Positions 49,801 to 62,518 of a stretch of 64,000 nt of DNA are shown one piece after another. Each line of letters opens with the position of its first letter. Within the stretch, counting starts at the first letter, position 1. The notes under the pieces are model-generated. The model ran no database searches, was not told the DNA's origin, and worked only from the letters and a program-made list of their open reading frames with translations. A program made the position numbers and the translations under genes. The stretch is from NCBI GenBank assembly GCA_964106645.2, contig OZ067045.1; one strand, 5' to 3'. The DNA comes from Podarcis pityusensis. Lineage: Eukaryota.

Positions 49801-52800
49801 AGGATGGTGCCCCCTTAGCAAGGAAAGCTTTGCCATTCCTTCCATTGGAGCCTCTTCCCCACAAGGAAGAGGAAAACCTTCCATTTTGTAATGATGAATG
49901 GATGCCAATTGCAAATACAATATTTGGGAAGCTTGGCAGTTTCGCATTTATCTCTGACTTGCCTGTTCTTCTTCCTGTGTTTGTTGCTGTGCGGGTGGTT
50001 TAACTACATGGTCCTCCCCCAGGTACGTCTTTGCCAAAAACCTGTTTGAGATTGGCCACCTGGCAGAGATTGAGTGGGCAATTTACCAGGACTGGCACAC
50101 TTTTCTCCAACAAGCATTCGGGGACCAGCTTGACATCCATGGCTTCCTTTATCTACGGGCACCTCCAGAGGTAACTGGAAACCTCTGTTATATTTATTAG
50201 ACACTTCGCCACCTCCCACCCTCAAAAATGAAAGTCAAAGTGATTTACAAAAATGAAGATTGAAAGCAAGTTTTAAGCCAGATGGTTCACTCATGTAGGA
50301 AACTGCCTGCTACATCTCTGTCCGAGTCATTGCTCTGGCTGCCTCACCTTCTACTCTGCTGAAGGCAGGTAAATCGGCAGGCTTGTTGCATTGGATGTGA
50401 ATGGATCCTTCAAAGTTGGTGCCCTGGGTGCACCTTCTCCCAGTCAGGAAGCATGTCCGTGAAGGTTTGGGTGGGCTTCTTTAATCATAGAATTTTAGAG
50501 GTGAAAGGGACCCAGTGGGTCATCTAGTCCAACCCCCTGCAATGCAGGAATCAAGGCAAGTTTTGACTTGTATACATCAGCAGTGGCTCTGCTTTGTTAG
50601 CCCAGGGGCCACATTTTGTACCAGCAAGTTCTCCAGGGGCCGCAGTACGTGTTAGGCATTGTCTGAAAAGTCGGTGTGATGACCAACACACCTGCGCATA
50701 TGTGTGCGCACACATCAGAACACCACACATGCAACGCACATCACACCACTGAGCACTCATGCAAAGCAGAGATTGTGAAGGAGGGGATGGTACTTGGTTG
50801 TTCCAGCTAGAAACACAGCAATTTTCTCCATTGCAACCCAGAACGCTTTTCCAATTCAAGAGGGAGAACGGAGAAGACCATGGAAAGGGAAAGCCACGAG
50901 AGAGTTAGTGTGGCCAGCCAGGTGCCTTTGGGAAATCCACAAGCAGGATTAATAATAATAATAATTATTATTTATACCCTGCCCTCCCCGGCCAGGCTCA
51001 GGGCGGCTAACACCAATAAAATCACAGTAAAAACTTAATAGGGGGAAAAGAGGGGGGGGGGGGAGGAAAAAAACACCCAATTAAAATACAGGTTAAAATG
51101 CAATTTAAAATGCAGCCTCATTTTAAAGTAGCTGATAAATCAAGACTATAAGGGGAGGGAAACATGAGGGTCAGACTGAGTCCAAACCAAAGGCTGGGTG
51201 GAACAGCTCTGTCTTGCAGGCCCTGCGGAAAGATGTCAAGTCCCGCATTGCCCTAGTCTCTTGTGACAGAGCGTTCCACCACGTTGGGGCCAGTGCTGAA
51301 GAGGCCCTGGCCCTAGTTGAGACCAATCTAACCTCCTTGAGGCTCGGCACCTCCGAAGCGTTGTTATTTGTGGACCTTAAGGTCCTCCGCGGGGCTTACC
51401 AGGAGAGGCGGTCCCGTAGGTACGAGGGCCAATGAATTTCCCTTTCCCTCCTTTCAGATCTGCATGGAAAGATTGCGCCAAAGAGGGAGGCCTGAAGAGA
51501 AGGAGGTCCAGCTGCGCTACCTGGAGCAGCTTCACACTCAGCACGAACATTGGCTCATGGAGAAGAGCACAGAGTAAGTCACAGGCGGAGCAGCAGAGAG
51601 CTGGCTTCAGTGGGAAGGCAGTTGTGGCTCTGCAGGGAGCGCCTGCTCTCTGCGCTTGAGCCTCTTCATTTTGGTTGCACGCGGTTGTGTCACGTGGCAG
51701 GTGTATGTTGGTGCCAGAGCACCTGCCTGATTCCACACGGAAGAGAGAAGCATACAGCCAAGCCACAGTTCCCCTTCACCTGGAGATGAGGATGAGGATT
51801 TACATCCCACCTTCTTTCCTTCGAGGATCTCAAGGCGATGTATGTGGTCCTCTCGCTCCCTGTTTTATTCTCACAACAACTCTGTGAAGTGGGTTCGGCT
51901 CCAAGACAGTGACTGGCCCAAGGCTTCTGAGTGAGGATTCGTATCCAGGTCTCCCAGGTCCTTGTCCAACACTTTAACTGCTAAACATTACTGCTGCTGG
52001 GCTATGATGCTGAACAGCAGAAAGGGCCAAAAGGAACCAGGAAGTCTTGGTAGCACAGAAATGGGTGGGCTAAAGACCACGAAGTGCAGGAGGGCAGCTG
52101 TGTACAGACGGGTGCTGTGTCCTGGGCTGCGCGCAACTCGGGCCCCAAAATAAGATACGTGGCAGGCAGCATTTGGAAATGGGCCATGGGGTGTATTTGC
52201 CATTCGCTTCCCAACCAGAATCCTTAACAGTCTCTTGCTCACCAGACACAATTAGTGGGCTCTGGATCACTCAAGAGCAGCTTTCCTAACAGTAAGTCAG
52301 GCCTGATCCAGATTACTCTTTTATGATTAATTTGGGATTACTTATTGGCAGAATTTTTATCCTTTCCCATTGTCACAGTTTACAGGCCACTACTGTGTTA
52401 GTTGCAGTGTTGTTGCAAACCAGAGAGAGGCTGGAAGTTTCCGTTCTGCAGTGGGAGCGATGTGTGAAATCACAAGCTAGCTCAGCCTTCTCCAACTTTG
52501 TGCCCTCCCCATGTTTTAAGCTGCAACTCCTATCAGCTCCAGCTAACATGGCTGTGCTCCCATCAACTCTGGCACACTGGCTGGGGCCGATGGGAGTTGA
52601 AGACCCAAATCTCCGGAGGGCATCAAGTTGGGAAAGGCTGCTCTAGGGATTAAGTCGTCATCATCCTTTATTTTTTATTCATTCTGTTCCATTTATGAAT
52701 GCTTCCTGTAGTGACTAAGAATAAAAACAAGTTTGTATATTTTAAACAAGTTCAAAGCCAATCCATGCGCAGACTGGGATAAAAATCTCTACTGCACTTC

Positions 52801-55385
52801 TTTTAAACCTGCAAGATGTATGTTCTCATTTTGCATGCTTTATTCTGAACACATTGCTAGGGTTTTCCAACTGTTATTTAGCAGGAAGAGAGGCAGGAAG
52901 GAATTATTGTTGCTTTACGCCAGCAGTTAAGGCAACTTCACCCCTCCACCAAAAAGCAGAAGAGACTGTAAATTACAGGTGCCCAATGTTATCTTCCTTG
53001 CTGTTTAATCAGGAAAAACACATCTGACAGCCTTGCATATTGTGCTCACTTACAACTGAGCTTCCGGAATCCAGTGAGTCTTTGGGTGGTGATGTCTTCA
53101 CTCAGCTGAGCTCTCTCGCCACACAGAGCCTGTCCATCAACTTCTGAACCTTAATCAGTGGAAGCAAAGCAGATGAACTTTCATGTTTTGCCTTGATCTT
53201 TCACCCCCCGTCCTCTTGCTCTCAACCTATAGTTAGTCATATCCATCTTAAAGAATAAGTGCGTTTTCCAGTTCTACATTATTAGTTTTCAGAACCAAGC
53301 TTTTTTAAAGCTTACATAGTTGCAGTACGGGCAAAAGCAGCAGAGTAACTGTCAAGCATGATCAGAACATGGGACTATCTGATCTCCCCTTTCCACTGCT
53401 TGTGAATTCTAAAGATTTAATTCATTTTAAATGAAGCCCAATTCTATATCCCTACTTACAGTGGTACCTTGGGTTACAGACACTTCAGGTTACAGACTCC
53501 GCTAACCCAGAAATAGTACCTTGGGTTAAGAACTTTGCTTCAGGATGAGAACAGAAATTGCATGGCGGCAGTGCAGCGGCAGCAGGAGGCCCCATTAGCT
53601 AAAGTGGTACCTCAGGTTAAGAACAGTTTCAGGTTAAGAACGGACCTCCAGAACGAATTAAATTATTAACCCGAGGTACCACTATACTCATAAATGTGGG
53701 GCACTCCTCCTTTCTTATTCTGACATGTTTCTTCTTGTGATGATGCAGACATTTGGCCAAAACTTTGTCTCCCTCACTTGTGTCCCTCTTGAAGTTGCAT
53801 GTAATACTAAACTGTAGTCAGAAACAAACTATGGCTTACTGTGAATTTGTGTGTTTTTCCACACAGTTCAAATTGCACCCACCCTTTGCCAAGCTGGGAG
53901 TAAACAAAACTACTGTGCTAGCTTAGCATTTTGTGTGAACCAGCATTGGTAGTTTGCATCTCTCCAAAGAAACTAGTAAGTCAAGAACAAACCTTGACTT
54001 CCGCCCATGGTTTGTTTGGGTTAGTGTTTGCACACAGCCCTAATCCAGCACTGTTGTTTGTTTCCTCCCAGTTGCCAAATGGATGAGCAGAGTGGGTGTG
54101 ATTTGAGCAGCACTTATCAGCTTGCTGGCACATTCATAGTAAACTATAGTTTGTTTCTGACCATGACTTACTGTTGGGTGAAAGCGAGGCCATTAACTAG
54201 CTTGTCCCATCCTTCCTCACTATAGCCTGTCACTACAAACACACACCATTCCCTGTATCCTAAGTGAAGGCAAATAGAGAAAGCAGAGGTTTGGCTTGCA
54301 GTGAGGTGGCCAGTGACCTGTGGTGTTGTGAGCCTCAGTGTTACCTTAGACGAAGAAGTTCGGGGCTGAAAGACGGAGGCAGAGCGTGGGTGCATGGAGG
54401 CTAGATTGTTAAGTGAGCACATTGCAGAAAATGCTTGCTGCTTACATGATGCAGAAATTAAGGTTGGCACCTTAAGTTACAATTTCTACATTTTGGGATG
54501 TGCGTAATGGAATTAGTAAGTGCCTTGAAAAACGTGGTTTTTTTTATCTGAAGGTAGAATGTATTTGGCTTTGTTTCAAGGAAATCCATTGAATTATATG
54601 AGTCATGGTGATGGTGCAAAGCAGCAAAATTTAGCTTCACTGTGGGTGTATAGTAGTCAACATATGCACTATGCTTTAAGATGTTGAAAGCTCTATCTGT
54701 GTAATAATCTGCAATCCTTGCATGAAGCTGCAAGAGAGGCTGTTTTATAAAATTATTGCTGGTTTTATTAACTTCACAGTGTGATCAACAGTTCAAGGAG
54801 TAGATTTGGTATACTGTATAGTATAAGCCAGGGACGCGGGTGGCGCTGTGGGTTAAACCACAGAGCCTAGGCGGTTCGAATCCCCGTGACGGGGTGAGCT
54901 CCCATTGCTCGGTCCCTGCTACTGCCAACCTAGCAGTTCGAAAGCACGTCAAAGTGCAAGTAGATATCGGCGGGAAGGTAAACGGCGTTTCCGTGTGCTG
55001 CTCTGGTTCGCCAGAAGCGGCTTAGTCATGCTGGCCACATGACCCGGAAGCTGTACGCCGGCTCCCTCGGCCAGTAAAGCAAGATGAGCGCCGCAACCCC
55101 AGAGTCGGCCACGACTGGACCTAATGGTCAGGGGTCCCTTTACCTTTACCTATAGTATAAGCCACTTTTATCTCCAAATTGCTCTGGGATGGCAATATGG
55201 TAAAGCTGAGGATTACAACAGGGGCAGGAATCTTTGGGTCCGTAGAGAGAATGCACCCCCAGACCTCTTTGTCTGGCCCTTGGAACATTCCACAGGCCAT
55301 GCCCCTCACTGACCCTGCTTCACACCCTTTTTGGCCCGGCTGGAATGTAAGCTTGAACTCTTGATTGTCTGGATGGATGATGGAG

Positions 55386-55420
<35 letters not shown>

Positions 55421-56088
55421 AACTACCCTACTACACAAAGGTAAAATTTCCATTCATTCTTCTGTCACCAATATGTGACCCCGAGAAGATTGTTTAAAGG
55501 GAATGTGGCCCCTGGTCTGCAAAAGGTTCCCCTTGCTCTGCTTTCAACAACCTTGGCATGTAGTGCACTGAAGGGAATGAGGTGAATTAATGAGACAACT
55601 CAAAGTCAATGCAGATGAGATCATTCAAGGAAGTGAGCTGAACTACCCACTGTAACTGATGCCACAATATTGATTGTATAGTGAAAAGAATTAAGGAAAT
55701 AACATTCTTATTGCCCCCACAGGATTCATTCTGAAAACATAAGAAATGCTCCAGTCTTGCTGCTTGATGTCACAAAGGATTTTGAGGATGACACAAATGA
55801 ACAAGGGAGGCTTATGTCCCAGGTAAGATTTCACTTCTGTGAAATGTGAAAGCTTTGGTATAATGCACAAAACTTGCGTTTTCTTCCATCAGATTAAAGT
55901 TGGCACCGTAAGCTACCAATTTGCCTTAATTGTGTGCCTCTTATTCACTGGAACTAACATGGCAACAACTGAACAAACAATTGTTTGGATTTTATTTGAA
56001 GATCTGTTTCCTCTTTTTGTAGGTGAAGACTTTTATAAAGACTCTCTCAGGGGAGGCTTTCCCTTCTGCATCTACCACTGCCTCCTAG
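46711..56088 (+). CDS. DGUOK: Deoxyguanosine kinase; join(46711..46762,48231..48343,49368..49555,50023..50170,51458..51573,55723..55822,56023..56088), 260 aa from ATG 46711 (start codon uncertain; in-frame ATG also at 46525)
   Basis: P-loop IEGNIAVGKST, ERS motif ([10 protein letters not shown]), lid [10 protein letters not shown], and [10 protein letters not shown] with the dGK-type Ser (Ala in dCK). All introns are GT-AG. Internal exon sizes 113/188/148/116/100 match the dGK/dCK gene structure as recalled. Syntenic with ACTG2. Confidence 0.94.
47614..47986 (-). mobile_element. Sauria SINE (different subfamily) in DGUOK intron 1
   Basis: (AAAGGT)n tail on the + strand and head ...gcgccacccgcgtccc; diagnostic differences from the other copies. 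Confidence 0.9.
48231..48343 (+). CDS. DGUOK: DGUOK exon 2
   Basis: gccag|[39 protein letters not shown]|gtaaga; branch-point-like tgactaat upstream. Confidence 0.95.
48564..48700. mobile_element. Palindromic hAT MITE
   Basis: Perfect 8-bp TSD TGCTAAAG. Confidence 0.9.
49368..49555 (+). CDS. DGUOK: DGUOK exon 3
   Basis: cacag|[33 protein letters not shown]...[10 protein letters not shown]|gtatgg. Confidence 0.95.
50023..50170 (+). CDS. DGUOK: DGUOK exon 4
   Basis: cccag|[29 protein letters not shown]...[10 protein letters not shown]|gtaact. Confidence 0.95.
50950..51431 (-). mobile_element. L2 3' fragment ending just upstream of the DGUOK exon 5 acceptor
   Basis: (AAT)n tail, tttataccctgccc, agcgttccaccacgttggggcc...gaggccctggcc. 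Confidence 0.85.
51458..51573 (+). CDS. DGUOK: DGUOK exon 5
   Basis: tttcag|[40 protein letters not shown]|gtaagt. Confidence 0.95.
53459..53684. mobile_element. Tc1/mariner MITE, family A
   Basis: Same TIRs, TA TSD. Confidence 0.9.
54831..55150 (+). mobile_element. Sauria SINE in DGUOK intron 5
   Basis: Perfect 14-bp TSD TATAGTATAAGCCA (54817 and 55151). Confidence 0.92.
55388..55417. repeat. (GT)n microsatellite (others at about 28162 and 38331)
   Basis: Direct reading. Confidence 0.95.
55723..55822 (+). CDS. DGUOK: DGUOK exon 6
   Basis: cacag|[34 protein letters not shown]|gtaaga. Confidence 0.94.
56023..56088 (+). CDS. DGUOK: DGUOK last exon
   Basis: ttgtag|[24 protein letters not shown]. 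Confidence 0.9.
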   Translation: MKTFIKTLSGEAFPSASTTAS

Positions 56089-58518
56089 CCCAGGAGCTCA
56101 AAGCAGGCTCCTCTGAGTGGATGGCCACCAAGAAGAGGCCAAGAGAAAGCAGTCCTTGATGGTCAACTCCATTGGGAGTTAAGAGCTCGGCCAGGTCAGA
56201 GGTGCTTGCAAGAATTAAAGGTCTCTCTGCTCAGTACTTGCAGGGAAAGAAGCCCTCTGGGCAGCAAAATCCCAACCTAGTCTACAGATAGAAAGAGGAA
56301 TTGCAGCAGGTGAAAGAGAGGGATGTTGGGGGCAATGTCACTTGGGCTGGGTGAGCTCAGAAGCCACACAGAGGCCTCTGTTCGGTCAAGTGAGAGATCA
56401 GTCCTCTGATCTCTTGCCTGGAAAGGGCCTGGCAGGGTGCTCTACCACGTGAGAGAGTGGTGGCCCATTTAATAGATTTGGGCAGTGGTGCATCTACTTA
56501 ATTTTGTTGGTACTGGCTACCAGTGGCTCCTTTGCCATGATTCTGGACCTGCTCCCTCTCCAACTTCTGCCTGCTGCATTTTCTCAGGGTGGGGAGTCTC
56601 AAGTTGTTGAGTCTATATGTGCCCTCAATTCCTGCTACTTACTGTGACATGGCATGATAGCAATAGACACCTTGGGCTCACTTCTGTAATATATTATTTT
56701 AAAGCACCCTGCACTTAGACACCCACTTGAATTTCCTAGGCACTGTGGGACCGTCTAACAGTGCCCAGTTCCTGTGCATCTGCACACCTTTCCATTGTCT
56801 GTGCATCAATAGCCTCCCCCTTGGAGAAGAGAGATTGGAAATTGATTGACACCGAATTCAGGGACCAACCGAGGAATCTCGAAGGTTCAGAGTGTGAAGA
56901 ATAGACTGAATTCTGTACAGTTGTGTTAGTGTCTGTATGTGGCAGATGTAAAAAAACCAGACACGTACTTGAGTTTTTCAAGGGGCTGTTGTCTCTTCTG
57001 CTGCTTCCCACCCCCAGTGCAACTCTTACTTATGTGATGGAGGCCTCTTGGGCTATAGCATCTCTGTGCATGAAGGCCACTGCATGGTTGATGTCACACA
57101 CAAATATAGCAACTGTACATTGTTTTTGAGAATACTTTTCACCTTCTTTATCTGCCTTTATCACATTTCCATGAAATTTATCAAGTTTATCCTACAACCA
57201 TAGCCCTCTTCATTCATTGCTTGTGCAAAGGGGCAACATGGATACAAAGGTTTTAAATTTTTTGTAGATTTTCCTTCAGCACAAGCACCTGCAAAGTTCC
57301 TTTTAAAAGAAATGGAATAAATGGGATGTCTGTCTATGAGCAGTCCAGTTTAAAGTTTAAGATAGCCCTGTGGTATAGTATCTTAAGACGCTAGAGGCGC
57401 ACATATCACCATGAATTTTGCAGAGAGGATATGAAAAGTATGCCCAGTGCCTCTGTGGATAGTAAAGTTCACGAAGTTGACTTTGGGAAACTGGAATATG
57501 GATGTCCAAGTATTTTTGTCCATGCATGTTTCATCCTTTTCTCCTCAAGAAATAGTCCTGTTGCGTTTGATGTTGCTTTTCCAAGCCTCACTAAACCTAT
57601 ATATGCAAGTTCATCAGCAGTAGATGGAATGACGTGTCACCCCCTTACTTTTTGTACATAGCATTAAAATTCATGCACCAATTATAAATAAGCAACAGTA
57701 CAAAACACTCCCTTTTTAATGCAGTGCTTTTAATGATGGGTGTTGTCAACATTTAATTTATCTCTCTTCTAATGTATAAAATTACTGTATTTTTTTTAAG
57801 GCTGTTGTGTGTGATTATGGCCTGTGTCCAGTGGTCTGTTGAAGTTCAGAGATTCTGTTTCCAAAGCTGCTTGCAGTATCCTTAGAAAGTTTTGGATAAA
57901 CTATTTCTGCCACTGGGCTATTGTCCTTATATACTCAGTTGCACTGGGGGCATCAACATTTACTGCAGCTGAAGAAATGTGTATGGGGGAGGGCAGCTGC
58001 TGGAGATCCCCTCCTCACAGAGTTCTTGAATGTTGGGTCCCTGAGTGTGGTTGGGTTCTCAATTCCCATCATCCCCAGACAGCTTAGCTGGGAGGTCAGG
58101 GAGGAGTAGTCCGGAACACTTTTCTCCTTTATGTTTTTTACTACATCTAGTTGATAGTTTCTGTCCCTGCGCAAGGATATCGTTAGCATGTTACAAAATC
58201 CTCTGGCTGCAGCCCTCTTTGTGTTGCTTCTGTGTAAACATGCAGTTGACCCTGAAGATGTACATGCTTCTTGGAGTTGAATGGGAGCAACCACAGAAGT
58301 GGTGTCAGCCATGTAGAATCAAGCTCATCTTAAGCCAATTCTAAATAGAATTGACTTCTGTGTTCCAGTCTTCTACTCATCTCAGCCTCCCCCATTAAGA
58401 GGAAGGCTGCTTCTGTACCACTATAATGTGCTTTTTAAAAGATTCAGTACGCTGTTAAACCTTTCGTTTGTAGATAACTGCATTCTTCTCACATTTGTAA
58501 AATGCTACAGTTAAATCA

Positions 58519-58968
58519 AGGTTCGTATAGTTAAAGCTCTGGTTTTCCCAGTAGTGATGTATGGAAGTGAGAGCTGGACCATAAAGAAGGCTGATCGCCA
58601 AAGAATGGATGCTTTTGAATTCTGGTGCTGGAGGAGACACTTGAGAGTCCCGTGGACTGCAAGAAGATCAAACCCATCCATTCTGAAGGAAATCAGCCCT
58701 GAGTGCTCACTGGAAGGACAGATCCTGAAGCTGAGGCTCCAAGACTTTGGCCACCTCATGAGAAGAGAAGACTCCCTGGAAAAGACCCTGATGTTGGGAA
58801 AGATGGAGGGAACAAGGAGAAAGGGACGACAGAGGATGAGATGGTGGGACAGTGTTCTCGAAGCTACCAGCATGAGTCTGGCCAAACTGCGGGAGGCAGT
58901 GGAAGACAGGAGTGCCTGGCGTGCTCTGGTCCAGGGGGTCACGAAGAGTTGGACACAACTAAACAACA
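58519..58968 (+). mobile_element. RTE-BovB LINE, 5'-truncated 3' end
   Basis: YGSESWTIKKADRQRMDAFEFWCWRR...; (CAA) tail; 12-bp TSD ACAGTTAAATCA (58507 and 58969). Confidence 0.93.
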
Positions 58969-61900
58969 ACAGTTAAATCAGTAAAACGAGTAACTTTAAA
59001 CACGGAGAAAGGGAGTAAATAAAAGTTTGCTTTCCTCTCATAACACTAGAACTTGTAGACATCCAGTGAAGTTGGAAGATTTTAAAAAGTCATTCTTCAC
59101 ACACTAGGGAACCTGCTCCCACAGGAGACAGTGATGGCTCCCACACATCCTGGCTTTGCTCTGCCTCCGTCGTTGGAGTCAGCAGTGCTTCTCAATACCA
59201 GTTGCTCAGTCTAAGCCAGAGGAGGGGAGAGGGCTGCATGCGCTCATGTGCTCCTTGTGGGTTCCCCACGGGCATCTGGTTGGCCCCTCAGAACAGGATG
59301 CTAGGCTAGATGATCCAGCAAGCTCTTCTGATGGTCTCAGTTCTTGTTCTGCTGGTGACGGTGGTGGGGGAGGGCAGGACTTGAAAAGCACCCTTTCATT
59401 TCATATTATATCTCATGGTGTATAATATCTTTGTAAAGGAAAAGTTGTCCTGCCGCAGTTCACGTGGCCACCAGTTTCTTGCTGCTGCAAAATACAGTGT
59501 GAGGACAGACTTAGGCTGGCTGGGCAGAGAGTGAAAGAGCAGTGGGGGGTTGGGGCAGCAGAGCCTGGGGGGAAGAGTGGGGATGGGCAGGAGACCCCCC
59601 CAAGACACTGCTCTCTGAAGGGAAGGGGAGAGAAAAGCCTTCAGCAGCCCCCTTTTCCTTCAAGCTTCTGGGGTTTGTGTACAGAGGGGCATTTGAAGGC
59701 CTGCTCCCTCCCTACAGCTGATAGGCAGCAGGGAATGTGCTGAGAAGTTCCCCACACCCCCGGCTGCATTTCTCCTTCTGACCTCTGAGGTTAATTATAT
59801 ACATATACACAGACAGGTATCTTTTCCTGGGTTGCATCCAGTGTGGTGTTAAGTAACTTGCTCTATTAGCACTCATGTGATGGAACTCCTCCACTCTTTG
59901 CACCCCCCTGATCTGTTTCGGGGTTCACTCCAATCCTCTGGGGCTGATTTAGGGAGGGTTTGGGGCACACACAGGGGCAGGAGAAAGGAGAACTTTTGTT
60001 GCACAGGCACAAATCTTTGTGCTAATGGAACAAGTACATTGGGTGCAGTCCCATGAGTCAGATCCTTGGTCCAGCCAGGTCAGTGTTGTCTACACAGACT
60101 AGCAGTGACCCTCCAGAGTTTCTGACAAGGGGTCTTTCCCAGTCCTGCCTGTGGGTGCTTGGATTTGAACCTTCTGCATGCAGCGCAAGTATTATTGAAC
60201 TAAGGCGCTCCCTAGTTGTAATGGTGTTTCTGTAGTTAATATGAGGAATAGGAAAGTGATAGCAACAAACGCTCTTTGCATTGAAAAAAGGCAGTGGATT
60301 CTGTCTTGAGTAGATGTAAGAGTAGATTTTGCTCATAGCCACCCACCCCCATGCGCTCCTGGATGTGGGCTTGCAAAATCTAAGTTTGGACAGCAACATA
60401 GAAAGCTGCCTTATACTGGTCCGTCTAGCTCATTATTGTCTACCCTGACTGCAGCAGCTCTTGGGGTTTCAGACAGGGAGTCTCTCTTTCCCAGCTGTGA
60501 TTGGGAGCTTAAAAGAGGAGAGGAAGGCAGCTTGCAAAAGCCTTGGGGAGCCCCCCACCTCAATTCCCTTGTCAGTCCCTGATCTTACTCTAATGTTAAA
60601 CGGATTGTGGGGTTGCAAGATCTGAGAGAATTGACCCTGAAATCTCTTGCCACTTTGAGATTGGGGTGCATGCAACAATATGCTCCCTCCAAGTTCAGAG
60701 GTGGATGCCTCTGAAAACCTGTTCCTGAGGACCATGTGCAGGGAGGGTGACCAGGCACACCGATCTTGTTCATGCACTTGCCAAAGGCACCTAAAGGTTG
60801 GTGGCTGTGGAAACAAAACTGGGCTTGATGGGCCTTTGGTCTGATCCAAAGGAGTCCTCCTCTGCCATTTCCCCACTGCTGTCTCCGAAGGGCTGCTAAC
60901 CAGCCAGGTATTTCCTTTTGTTTCTCCTCTAGCCGCTCATGTCGTGCATCCAGCAGTTCTGACTTATAAATAACACTTTTGACTGACGCTGAAACAGTTC
61001 CCTGCTTTCTGGCCCAATGGCTTTGAGTGTGCAGCCTGTTCTCTAAAGCAGGGGTGAGAACCTGGATCCTGCCAACAGGAGTAGAACCTTCTGGCTCTTC
61101 CTTTCCCCCTCTGTTCCTCTCTCTTTCTCCCAGCCCCCCCCCCCCCCCAAACAAATACACCAAGCCAAGTTTGACAGGTGGGTGGGACTCCCCACATGCC
61201 AATCACCTGATGTCACAGTGATGGCTGCTGGCCAGTTTTTGTCCACGCAGTTGGAAAGCAAATGGTGCAGGCTAAGGCACAAGCATGTGTGAGTGTGGTG
61301 TAGTGGTTGGTGTGTTAGGCTAGGACTGGGGAGACCAGGGTTCAAACCTCCACTCAGTCATGAAGCTCACTGGGTGACCTTGGGCTAGTAACGCACTCTC
61401 AGCCTAGCCTACCTCACAGGGCTGTTGTGAGGGTGAAATGGGGAGGAGGAGAGCTACGTTTGCCACCTTGAATGCTTCAGGGGAAAGGTGGGATAGAAAT
61501 GTAGCAAATAAACAGCAAATAAGTGTTGATGGCCAGCTGAGTTTAAAGTATTTACTGTTGTTGTTGGCACTTATCTGCCTTGGGAGACAATGAAGTACCT
61601 TCCTAATTTAGTCAAATAGGTAGCACAGAGCCCTGCAGAACACGACAAGTTTACAGCACTCTGTAATAAGATGCCAGTGAAGGAAAAATGCCTTTTAAAA
61701 ATCTGCCTCTTGGTTTTGGCGATGAAGTATGTACATAGGCTGACTCTAAAATCGCTTTGCTGGGGAAATAACTATTTGAATTTGGTGGAGTTTCCCTGGT
61801 CTGGTAAATGCATTCTAAAAGTTCAAAGCTGTGGCTGCGCACTAGGTGGTGCTTTATTTCAAACTCGCTTTCCTGACACTAGAGTTTAATTAAGTGTTTC

Positions 61901-62518
61901 AGCTCCAGAGCCTGACAGACTCTGGAAGAACACGGCTCTGTCCCAGCATGGGAGTGAAGCGCTGCTGGGCTGGGAGATGTCTTGGAGTCAAATGTTTTTC
62001 CCCGCCCAGATCGGTGTGATAAGTTAAATATTTTTTGGTTGACTGCTGTCCACATGGTTAATCTGAAGTAAGGAGGCTCATGCTCAGAGGAGTTGGTCTT
62101 CAGGCCAGGAGAAGCTGGCTGCTTTTTTAACATTGAGGACTTTAAAAAAATTATTTTTACAGTCTGGAGGCTGCTATGCATACTATTTGTTTAATGAATT
62201 AAGAATCACTTCCCACAAAACATCCCAAAGTGAATAAAAATAAAATAAAATAAAAATGCCAATAAAAACATCAACTCTAAAAAAATGTGTAACTGATGCA
62301 TAAAGAACTGAAGTGTTTTATTGTTGTCAGCCTGTCAACTGTCAAGTTACAGCATACAGTACGAATTAAGGGGGAATCAGCAAATATTACATTAGAGGTG
62401 CAAGTTCCAAAGGTGTGTCCAATCTAATGCCTTGATGGGAAAGCTGACCAAAGAGCTGAAAGCACTGAAAGGGCATCCAGGTGGCATTGGTTTTGTTGCT
62501 GGTGACTTTTGCTTTATA

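Noticed and set aside
49275-50003. 242-aa ORF
   Set aside because: Only 49368-49555 is DGUOK exon 3; the rest is intronic read-through bounded by clear splice sites.
60890-61060. Strong-looking branch point and acceptor (gctaac...tttccttttgtttctcctctag) downstream of DGUOK
   Set aside because: No coding frame resembling TET3 or any known protein and no supported donor; cannot be called an exon without RNA data.
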